From Octopus vulgaris (taxonomy: Eukaryota), in the NCBI GenBank assembly GCA_951406725.2, contig OX597818.1:111724001-111788000 (forward strand): 64,000 nucleotides of DNA, written 5' to 3'. This document shows positions 53,129 to 64,000 of this stretch, piece by piece. The notes beneath the pieces were generated by a model that worked only from the letters and a program-made list of their open reading frames with translations, searched no databases and had not been told where the DNA came from. A program made the position numbers and the translations under genes. Within the stretch, counting starts at the first letter, position 1. Every line of letters starts with the position of its first letter.

Positions 53129-53337
53129 TGATGATGACGACAACAACAACAACAACAACAACAACAACATCGAAAAATACCATAGGAATGTGAACCTAAG
53201 TTCGAAATTTCCCCAAGACACCTGATAAAGGCTGGAGGTTATATCAGCCGAAACGTTGTGTTAACAACAAACAAGATGAGGACAAATATCCGTCAAATGT
53301 AAATAATGTACATAATTCCTCATCTCTTAAATATAGA
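52823..53337. mobile_element. Family E head-to-head inverted pair: tRNA-like head, (AAT)n, hammerhead tail
   Basis: Left arm 52823-52991 (minus) and right arm 52996-53337 (plus) with a 4-nt spacer. A-box at 53002-53012, B-box GAGTTCGATTCC at 53045-53056, HHR at 53217-53262. Confidence 0.9.
53217..53262 (+). ncRNA. Minimal hammerhead motif with a G8A core mutation, probably inactive
   Basis: GACAC-CTGATAA-A-GGCTG..CAGCC-GAAAC-GTT-GTGTT. Confidence 0.65.
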
Positions 53338-53894
53338 TCTCCACGATGGTGTAGTACTTCAATGCAAATCGTAGAGGCTTTTTGTTGAGGCCAGCAAGTG
53401 TGTACTAATGTGGGTCAGCCCTCCAGTGTGCGCCGTTTTCGAAGTCTGCTACACCAATGTGGGTCTCTGCTTCTACAAGATTTTGGAAATAATGTGGATA
53501 CCATTAATCTGCTAGTTTTCTCCATAATCTAAATCTGTGGTTCCATATTTCAGGAATCAATACTGGAAATGGAATGACAAGCAACTCAGTGCATCACCGA
53601 GTTGGAAAGGATGCCAGTTTGTGTACCGGACTGCTTTTATCTACTTCAATACGCCATTATATATATATATGTATAGATGTGTGTATGTGTGTATGTGTAT
53701 GTGTATGTGTGTGTGTGTGTGTTTGTGTGTGTGTGTGCAACACATATATATTGAATAAAATGGGTAAAAGAAAAAAAGAGACTTCAGCAAACATTATTCC
53801 ACTATGGTCTGCATAAAAGCATAAATAAAAAAAAAACTTGAAACAGAATTACTTCGATAATCCTCTCCACTCCCCGCGCCCCAACCCTCATCTC

Positions 53895-53971
53895 TAACCA
53901 CCACCACGACGACCATCGCCAACACTATTATTGCAACAAATCTTATCACCCCGATCACAAACACCACCACC

Positions 53972-54003
<32 letters not shown>

Positions 54004-54526
54004 CAGCAACAACTATAACAACACTATAACCACCAACACAGCCGCTGCCACCACCAACACAGGTATCATCACTAGTATTAACAAAACCTTCATCACCACC
54101 ACCACTAACTACTACTACTACTACTACTACTATTGACGCATCCTCAATGTATTCCACACCTACTGCCACCACCACTACTACCACCACCACCACAACCACC
54201 ATCACTCGCACTACCATCACCACCACTACCACCACCTGCACTACCACCACCACCACCACCACCACTACCACTACCACCACCACCGTAACTAACTGCTACT
54301 ACTACTATTGGCGCATCCTCAATATTACACCACTCGCACTACTACCACCCGCCCTATCAACACCCGCACAACCACTACTACTACTACAAGCGAAACTACA
54401 CCTGACACAATCTCACCATGTTGTCCAATCTAAATTGCGTATGAACGGAAATGATTATATAACGACCTTACATTTTTATTTTGATTGGAAGCTCTACCAA
54501 TATGATTACCACCATCATCAACATCA

Positions 54527-54587
<61 letters not shown>

Positions 54588-54660
54588 CATCATTATTATC
54601 AACAGGAGTTGTAGTGTTAGTGATAATAATAACAGTAGAAGCAGCAGTAGTGGTGGTGGT
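53895..54660. repeat. Compound trinucleotide region (ACC/AAC/ACT/ATT/AGT)
   Basis: Direct reading. Internal duplication actaact..tattg.cgcatcctcaat at about 54103 and about 54288. Confidence 0.9.
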
Positions 54661-55156
54661 CGTTATGTTGAGCGTAATAATATGGTGCCGCCGTCAAGAA
54701 TATATCGCTCTCCGCTTACCGGAGTTAATTATAGACCTCCGCAACGCTGTCCTGTTATGTGAGCAGTCAAACAGTCGCTTCAGCTGGTTTTTGCTCGCCC
54801 TCCTCCGCTTCTTGCTTTCTTTTCTTTTCCTATTTTTTTTTCTTTTCTGGTCTTTTATTACTTTTTCTTTTTTCGTCTTTTCTTCTGGTCCAACTAATAT
54901 CAATTATTGACGAAATCCTGTTATTCGTTGTATTTAATGTGTTCTCTTTCCTGTCTCTCTCACTACCTATACTTCCCATTCCCGTTTTTTCCCCTTCTTT
55001 TTACTTTGTCTGTGCGCTTACCTATGTATTTACATTCAACTATTCTTTTCTATATACATACATATAAACATATATACGTATGTATGTATGTATGTAAGTA
55101 TATATGTATATATATACACACACACATTCATATATATATATATAAGTATATTTATA

Positions 55157-55202
<46 letters not shown>

Positions 55203-55422
55203 TATATATACAATCAAATATATGTATCTATCTATCAATCTCTGTAAACATCTATATACATATATAAATATACAATTAGATACGCTCCACACAAGCATAC
55301 ACATATACATATATACACAATACACACGCATATATATATATATCTTTATACTAAATATATGTATTTGCATATTTTTCTATCTATCTATCTATACATGCAT
55401 ATGCGTGTGTGTATATATATAC

Positions 55423-55487
<65 letters not shown>

Positions 55488-55838
55488 TATATACATATAT
55501 ACATATATATATATACACACACACATATATATTCAAATACACACACACACACAACTCACATATATGTATATTAGCGTATGCACTCTCACACACCCACGTA
55601 GACATGTGTATGTTCAGTCACACACTCGCGCATTTAGTTGTGAATACTGTATACATATGACATTGTGACCACGTTGTCGGAAGTAGGATGATAAACTGCG
55701 TGTTAAAGCTGCGCTGCCTGAGAGCAGATGCCTGCATCAAGTGCTAAAGAGAGTTGGTATTATTAATTTCGCATTTGATACACCTTCCCACACGCATACA
55801 CACCTACATATGTCTATACATATACACTTACACATACA

Positions 55839-55879
<41 letters not shown>

Positions 55880-55902
55880 ACACAATACACATATATATAC
55901 AA

Positions 55903-56013
<111 letters not shown>

Positions 56014-56370
56014 GGCTACATATATATATATATACTCACAGATACATATATATATATATATATATATACTCACAGATACATACACATGCATGCATACACA
56101 CGCACACACACACACACACACACATGTATATATATATATATACATATGTCTATATGTAGATCTATCTATCTATTACTTGGCATTGAAACGCCTCTCTCAA
56201 GGGATAATGGAATATTGCACAAATGGTCAGTCAGTATTTGAACTGCAGATAGTTTGTCGTGAGCAAAGCCAATGCTATCTACCTTTTGATCTTTAATGGC
56301 CGGTATGAAGCATATATGTATGTTTAAGTGTGTGTGTGTGTGTATGAATATATGGATATATGTATGCGTG

Positions 56371-56419
<49 letters not shown>

Positions 56420-56428
56420 ACTAACATT

Positions 56429-56459
<31 letters not shown>

Positions 56460-56539
56460 CTGTGTGTATGTACGCGCGCGTGTGTGTGAAAAAATAAGCT
56501 GGAAAAGACATCAGATCCACACGAAACATGAAAGAGATC

Positions 56540-57150
56540 GATCACGCTTCTCACACAGTAAGGGAATACTAACGAGATGGACTGAACAATTTTAACGACT
56601 GCTGAAAGCACCTTGAGACACAGAATCTGTGACACTAACATATAACAGCGTATCGTCAATTGAATTCTAATGGAGATGCTGAGAATTGAGGAATTGCTGG
56701 AAACAATCTCCTGACTTTATCCAAATGTCCTGCGTAACAAAACTGGTGCAAGTATTTTACATAGTTCAACTTAGCTGCATACTAATGTAACGTCGTTCAC
56801 TTTAGAACAAAAACGAGAACCACTCTGTTGCTTGCTAGAGAACTAATATATGCGTATACCAGCGTATATATGGGTATACCAGCGCACTAATACATGCGTA
56901 TAGCAGCGCCCTAGTCGTTGCAGAAAGAGGTGAAAGTGGATACGTTTCCCGTTGCAGACATTGATCTGAAAACTCTACAAGACTTGACATAACATGTCAG
57001 TATAATAACTGATATATCGACATTAAACTACGAAATAATACGGCAAAGGAAAGCTCGGCTTTCAGACTGATGTATTTATGGCTTGAGAATATTCATCTTC
57101 ATTTCAGCAGAATCAAGATGAAGGTCTATAGGGCAGTTGTCGTCTCCCCA
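56540..57150 (+). pseudogene. Highly decayed RTE LINE remnant
   Basis: Peptide patches ILTRWTEQF (56566-56592) and IKMKVYRAVVVS (57112-57147). Confidence 0.6.
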
Positions 57151-57762
57151 AACCTGAACATGTGACGCAAACCTGTGACGAAAACCTGTGCTTAATCATG
57201 AAAATTTCATGCAGGTACATGATATCATGTGAAGGATCGTGGCCAGCAGGATAGGGTGTTGTACTTGAGGAAAAAGTCTTCCTCTGGCGTTGCTCCAGCT
57301 CACTCAGCTATTGATGTAAAAGCTAGTCTTCTGATCAGGGGGGATGTAAGCCTAATCGCTTCGACAGCGGGGTGAAATCATTCGAAAGTTAAAACGATGA
57401 GAAACGCATTGTTACCATCGATGTGTAACAACATCGGATAGTCTGGGCGATCACATGATCACATGGCACCATAAGCGAGGAGCAAAACCAAGGATTTCTG
57501 TGTACAAATCATTTCCTCATCGGAAAAGTTTACACTGAATTTATAATAAAATAACACCATCCGAATGATTCTCTACGTTCAACTATGTAAGGAATGAAAG
57601 AAACGTGGTAAATGTAGTCTACGCTGCAAGGAATCCATAAATTCTCACGAGGTATAACCATAAAGATACAAAGACACATAGGTGGAGAAATGCGGATAGG
57701 TATAATGAATGTAAATAAGTAGACATCTGAACTGCTCAGTTTAATAGGCATAACATATATAT

Positions 57763-58040
57763 ATATTTCGTTTTTGGATTTGGTTCGCAAGATTCTTTAT
57801 ATGAGTTCGTGTGTTGAAGCATATTTTGTTGTGTCTGGGGAGAGTCATTTTCTTTTTGTGCCTATAATTTAACACACTCACCGGTAAAATAAGAAATAAG
57901 TGGAAATTTTAACGGTGAGTGTGTTAAATTATAAGGCACAAAAAGAAAATGACTCTCCCCAGACACAACAGTATGTATATATATTTGTTGTGCAAGATTT
58001 TTTATGTGAAGTCGTGTGTTGAAACATATATTGTTATATT
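57763..58040. mobile_element. Family G with an internal inverted duplication
   Basis: Arms about 57826-57890 and 57905-57970 are near-perfect reverse complements. Confidence 0.85.
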
Positions 58041-58106
58041 TCGGAATGGTCATTTTGCCAGTTTAGCCATAGACGCACATACGTCTATATATATACATAT
58101 ACATAC

Positions 58107-58294
58107 AGGCGCAGCAATAGCTGTGTGGTAAGAAGCTTGCTCCCCCATCCACATGGTTCCCGGTTCAGTCCTACTGCGTGGCACCATGGGCAAGTGTCTT
58201 CTACTATAGCCTCAGGCCGACCAAATCCATGTAAGTGGATTTGGTAGACGGAAACTGAAAGAAGCCCGTCGTATAAGTATATTTGTATATATAT

Positions 58295-58329
<35 letters not shown>

Positions 58330-58465
58330 ATATGTATATATATTTGTGTGTATGTGTGTCTATGACGCTTGACAACCGATGTTTTTGTGTTTACGTCCCC
58401 GTAACTAAGCGGTTGGGCAAATGAAACCAACACAATAAGTACTAGGCTTACAATGAATGAGTCCT
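58107..58465 (+). mobile_element. SINE family B, 3'-truncated
   Basis: Head, gcaccatgggcaagtgtc CORE-like motif and internal microsatellite. Confidence 0.88.
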
Positions 58466-58851
58466 ATATGCGCTGGATCAAATCTGACCAAGGGCTGAAC
58501 AGCCAGTTTGCCATTTTTCCTGTTTTCCATTTCAGATGCCTCTCACTTGTGACTCTTCTTTATCTTTGTCCATTCCTATAATCATAAAATTCTTTGGATA
58601 TTATTACTGTCCAAGTGAATCTATTCACCATCTTGAAGCATCCTTGTTTTCATCTGTATCATCTAAAGAATTGCCCCCCCCACCTCATCCAGCTTCCAAC
58701 ATCACGAGATTTTCGTCCTTTTCAACTCTTCTCGAACACGTTTCTTTTATAACCGACTCTCAATTCCTCCAACCATTACATTCCCGCACACCTTACACAC
58801 ACACTCAAACACATTCTGTCCCTCTATCCACACACTCTCTTTCCCTTATAT

Positions 58852-58931
<80 letters not shown>

Positions 58932-60137
58932 CCGCTCTTCTCTCGATAAACTCTTCTTTTGTCTCTCTCACCTCATCCTTCAATGCATCTATCGTCTCCA
59001 GTATCATTTCTTTACAACATCATTGAAACTATTCGGAACGTTTTTGTTAGAAATGTATCGTATTTTTAATTGCTCAAAACTCGTATTATCCCCGTAAGTT
59101 TGATCAATATTTCCAGATTTAATCAATAACTGAAATATTTGGGTTGCAATTTTTCACTTTTCGTTTTTCGTGTCTTTTTTTTTTTTTTCATTTTGCCTTA
59201 TTCTTCATTTGATTTCGTTTCTTTTTTTCTCATCTTCCTAACTCTAATGTTTATTTCCACACAAAGTGAAGAACCAATTCTTTGAATTCTCCATTCAGTA
59301 TCTGACGCCTTTCTTTCCTTTGCAGTCTCTCATTTGCACCCATTTCTTTCTGTCTCTCTCTAGCTCTGTCTCTGTCTGTTTCTCTCTCTCTCTCTCTCTC
59401 TGTCCTCACTTTCTCTGTATTCCTTTCTGTCTTTTTTTACTTCCTCTTCCTTCTTATTATCTCTACAGCTACCGTCTTTTACTGATTGTTGAATATTTAT
59501 TCTTCAAACGAACACTGTAGTTCAAAGTTAAATCTGCCAGTTATGTGATACAATCACAGCGTCAAAAACGAACATTCACAGCGTTGAATAGTTTATGACT
59601 GGCCATTATGGAGATCACAACTGAATAATGAAGAAAAAAAAGAAGTGGAATTTAATGTCAAAATTTGCCGGGATTCGTTACAAATATTTCTTGAATATTT
59701 ACAGAACCCGATTATAGCTTTCATCATTCGATCACAAAATCTGCAGTTACTGCTGTCGAATTGTTACTGATAAGTAGCCGTTGGTTTTGATCTTGTCGAG
59801 ATGATTCACTGTAAGCAGGTAGCATATCAAAAGCTTTGAAGCGAATCACACGTTCAGCGAATTGGTTATTCAACGTGACAGTTTGTGTGGAAGTTTGTCC
59901 ATTTGTAGATGTTATAAACGCGATGATATTCTTTGAATTAGGAGCAAACTGCTTTAATCTAGAGGTCATTATTTTAAAGACTGTACATAGTTCGGGGGAA
60001 ACATATTGCTGTTAAACCATCTCATTACTATTGCTGTAGTTCTTTATCCCCAGGTCAGTGTTAATCCCTCCGACAAGCAGTCAAAGATGTTCCAATCAAG
60101 GCAATCCCACCCTTTTTGGTTATTTTTTAGATATAGC

Positions 60138-60301
60138 CGCAGGAGTGGCTGTGTGGTAAGTAGCTTGCTAATCAGCCACATGGTTCCGGGTTCAGTCCCA
60201 CTGCGTGTCATCTTGGGCAAGTGTCTTCTGCTATAGCTCCGGGCCGACCAATGGCTTGTGAGTGGATTTGGTAGACGGAAACTGAAAGAAGCCTGTCGTA
60301 C

Positions 60302-60359
<58 letters not shown>

Positions 60360-60572
60360 TTGTGTGTCTGTGTTTGTCCCCCTAGCATTGCTTGACAACC
60401 GATGCTGGTGTGTTTACGTCCACGTAACTTAGCTGTTCGGCAAAAGAGACCGATAGAATAAGTACTGGGCTTACGAAGAATAAGTCCCGGGGTCGATTTG
60501 CTCGACTAAAGGCGGTGCTCCAGCATGGCCGCAGTCAAATGACTGAAAGAAGTAAAAGAGTAAAAGAGAAAA
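60138..60572 (+). mobile_element. SINE family B, best full-length copy (CORE-like)
   Basis: A-box tggctgtgtggt, B-box ggttcagtccc, cttgggcaagtg CORE-like motif, internal (TA)n(TG)n, tail ending in gtaaaaga repeats. Confidence 0.93.
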
Positions 60573-60731
60573 GAGAGTATAGAGAGTCTAAGTTTAGATT
60601 GCCCATTGTCTTTACTTATTAAAGATGACGGTTGGCTTTCAGTTGTGGTTCTGATCTTATTCAATATCCAAGACTCCTTTAACTGAATGAATTTTTTTCG
60701 CGATCCCCACACATTTGGAAGTTGTTTGCAC

Positions 60732-60832
60732 AGAGTGAAGATTAAACCCAATGAACAAGAGTGAAGATTAAACCCAATGAACAAGAGTGAAGATTATACA
60801 AGAGTGAAGATTAAACCCAATGAGCAAGAGTA
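60732..60832. repeat. 26-bp minisatellite
   Basis: AGAGTGAAGATTAAACCCAATGAACA three times plus one short variant unit. Confidence 0.92.
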
Positions 60833-60842
60833 ATACTGTTAG

Positions 60843-60988
60843 CGCAGGCGTGGTTGTGTGGCAGGAATTTTTGCTTCCCAACCACAAAGTCGACCTCGGC
60901 GGAATTTGAACTCAGAACGTAGCGGCAGACGAAATACTGCTAATCATTTCGTCCGGCGTGCTAACGTTTCTTGCCAGCTCGCCACCTC
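60843..60988. mobile_element. SINE B head (plus) fused to SINE A head (minus)
   Basis: gcgcaggcgtggttgtgtgg..ccaaccac joins aaagtcgacctcggcgg..gccagctcgcc. Confidence 0.78.
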
Positions 60989-61961
60989 ACGTGTTGATGC
61001 ATTGAGAGTTGTTAAATGATTATACCACAAGTTCGCAATCACAATAAAACATCATAACAAGAAGAGTAATTATTCTTCAAAAAAATGTGTGTCTGCGTCA
61101 CTTCCTTCCCCCAGAAACAGGGGCAATAATCACTGTAAGAGACTAAAATTCTTGTGAGCTTTACAGTTCTTCCGTTGTTGGCTGTTAACAGCAGTTCGTC
61201 CCTTTGACTCACCTTACTTTTTAGCATTGTTAGTCAGAGAAGGCCACCGAGCAGCGATAGGGTACCACTTAGTGAACACTTTGTAGGTCATTGCCGTAGG
61301 TGCGATCTTTGCTTTTAAGTGTGAACTTACGAGAGTGATCTCACCACGTGACTCCTCGGTAATTGTCTTGTATAAAAGCTTCCTGCAGACAGAAGTCTTG
61401 TTAATGAAATTGGGGGAGGTTTATCTCGCTGATTCTGACTGAAGATAAATCAATGGCACCTGGGTCTGGGGACAACTAAGCCCCAATAAATACTGTTTTG
61501 ATACAATGGGTAGCTATTCCGGTTCATTGAACAACTGGATCACTAATCCGTCGCAACCGACGCGAAATTAATTCAATGATTCCACTAAATGTATGTATGT
61601 ATGGATGTGCGCGTGCGTGCTTTCTTTTTATATGTGTGAGTATGTGTGTGTGTACAGCTACCTATCCATCCATCTATCCATCCATTCATCCATCCATCCA
61701 TTCAACCATCCATCCATCTATGTATGTATCTCCCCCTCTCTCTCTCTATATATATATACATATATACATATATATATATACATATATACATATATACATA
61801 ATAAATATGTATATATACATACGTACATACATGTATACGTATATACATATGTATATGTAGGCACAGGACGTAAATAACGCAAAATACAAACAAAAAAAAT
61901 ACGAAGTACGAGGACATGAAGCATGAACCTTTTTTGCGAGCATCGAGCATCCACACGCGCA

Positions 61962-62063
<102 letters not shown>

Positions 62064-63047
62064 CACACGCACACACGCACACACACACACACAATTCCAA
62101 GAGAGTTAGAGGTTGTGAATCCAATCAACTAAGGGATAATATCTATCCAATATACTGATGGTAGAATACCCAATTATTAATACACAAGTGTTTTTTTTTT
62201 CATTTGCATGGCAATTACACTACTGAATATAATAAACAGGATGGGGCTAAAAAGTTGTTTTCTTACCCTTAATTTATACAGCAATAAGAAAATGGAGGGG
62301 ATCAAGAAGTGGTATTCATCAACTTTTAGACATTATATTATATCTATTTTTTTATTTAAAAGAACCCATTATAACATTATATATATATATATGTATGTAT
62401 GTATGTAGGTATATATACATGTATAAATAAATATATATATGTGTGTGTATATATATAAATATAAGTATATATACACACACGCACACACACGCACACACAC
62501 ACACAAACACACATACACACAGACACTGTTGAGACGGCGTAGAGTTAAAGAAAGAACAAAGGAATTTGGATATTATTTAAATGCCTTCGCAGATATATTT
62601 GCAATAAAAAAGAAGCAATTCAACTCTAGGACTTGGTTGTGAACATCTTAACATCTTTTACGCATGTCAGAATCATAAAGATAATACACAAATTCATACA
62701 CCCCACCACACATATATATATGGATATACATGCGCCTAATAATTCATGTTTACGTATGCATATAAGCAAGCATACATATATAAATACATACATGTAAATA
62801 TATATGTACGTCTGTGCTTTTGTGTGTGTGTGTGTAGAAACTCGATGTGTAGAACATAGTTTTGTATTTTTGTTTTTTGTTTTTGAAAAAGAGAGAAATA
62901 AAGAAAAAAAACTTGGTTGATTCTCGACTAGATTAGTCGGAAACTAAATCAAAGTAAGAAAATTAATTAGGCAAATATATAAATCACATTAAGTCAAGAC
63001 AAAGTTGATAATATCATGGCGAGTAAAAGAGAAAAATATATAAAGAC

Positions 63048-63115
<68 letters not shown>

Positions 63116-63603
63116 AAGAAGGAGAGAACGCGAGGAATGGGCAAGAGAGGATGTGGTGGAGCGAGAAAAATGAGAATCATTTGAAAAATTCATTTATTGA
63201 ATTAGTTTATTTGGAAAGGCGGCATTAAGGAATCGTTTTCTAAAATCCGAAGCTGAACTGGTAAATTTATTCCGACTAATCGGCGGAAAAAACAAACAAG
63301 AAAACATGAGCAAGAAAACAAAAAAAAAAGACCCAAGGCGGACTGACAAACAATATCTCCTGCGAGTATTAACCCCAGTTCAAAGAATCCGCTCATAAAT
63401 AACAAAAGAAAAGCAGATAAATATTAATAAAAATAGTGTAAGGAAAGCATAAAACAAATCAGAGAGTGGCAGGGCAGGACATCGCTTATTTCCTTAAATA
63501 TATTATTGAATTAAATCTATAATAGACAATAAACTATATCATTGCTCTTGTCATTTATCGAGAAATTTAAGAGATATATCATTCTATGTTTATGCTTGCA
63601 TGC

Positions 63604-63636
<33 letters not shown>

Positions 63637-63810
63637 TGTATGTATGTATGTATGTATGTATGTATGTATGCATGTATATATATATGTGTATGTATGTATA
63701 ATATATATGCATGCATATAAAATATATGTGTTGTATATATATATATATATACATGTATATATATGTATATATATATGTATATATATATATGTATATATAC
63801 ATATACATAC

Positions 63811-63875
<65 letters not shown>

Positions 63876-63884
63876 TATACATAC

Positions 63885-63948
<64 letters not shown>

Positions 63949-63951
<3 letters not shown>

Positions 63952-64000
63952 AGGGTGAGTTAAAGAGTAATGCCATTTTGTTTAGGACAGGTATAATAAC
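63949..64000 (+). mobile_element. Possible mariner-type TIR at a (TA)n site, running off the window
   Basis: TA-GGAGGGTGAGTTAAAGAGTAATGCC resembles mariner TIR starts from memory. Confidence 0.4.

Noticed and set aside
54694-54903. Lys/Arg-rich 69-aa ORF (minus)
   Set aside because: The basic stretch comes from a T-rich low-complexity tract and no domain is recognised.
58515-58949. Acceptor-like TTTCAG followed by a 137-aa ORF
   Set aside because: No homology or donor site recognised, and the frame runs into (CA)n.
60732-60832. Telomeric or CRISPR-like repeat
   Set aside because: Short spacerless minisatellite with no TTAGGG array.

Overview
AT-rich, repeat-saturated eukaryotic non-coding DNA (intronic or intergenic). 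The SINE, LINE and microsatellite make-up suggests an octopus or other coleoid cephalopod; this is my inference, not checked by a search. I cannot support any intact host gene. Nearly all listed ORFs are translations of (CA)n, (TA)n, (TATG)n, (GA)n or (AAT)n tracts or of SINEs. The window holds dozens of tRNA-headed SINE copies from several modular families, which I label A-E, several with readable target-site duplications (TSDs). It also holds LINE remnants: RTE reverse transcriptase (RT), a restriction-like endonuclease (RLE) LINE sitting in TATG repeats, and CR1-like 3' ends. The strongest unexplained signal is a set of hammerhead ribozyme (HHR) motifs from several unrelated repeat families, often in Penelope-like inverted-repeat structures. 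One HHR is fully canonical (30491-30573, minus strand). Family E combines a Pol III tRNA-like head, an (AAT)n spacer and an HHR tail, and occurs as a head-to-head inverted pair at 52823-53337. Repeat boundaries are read by eye and are approximate unless a TSD is given.
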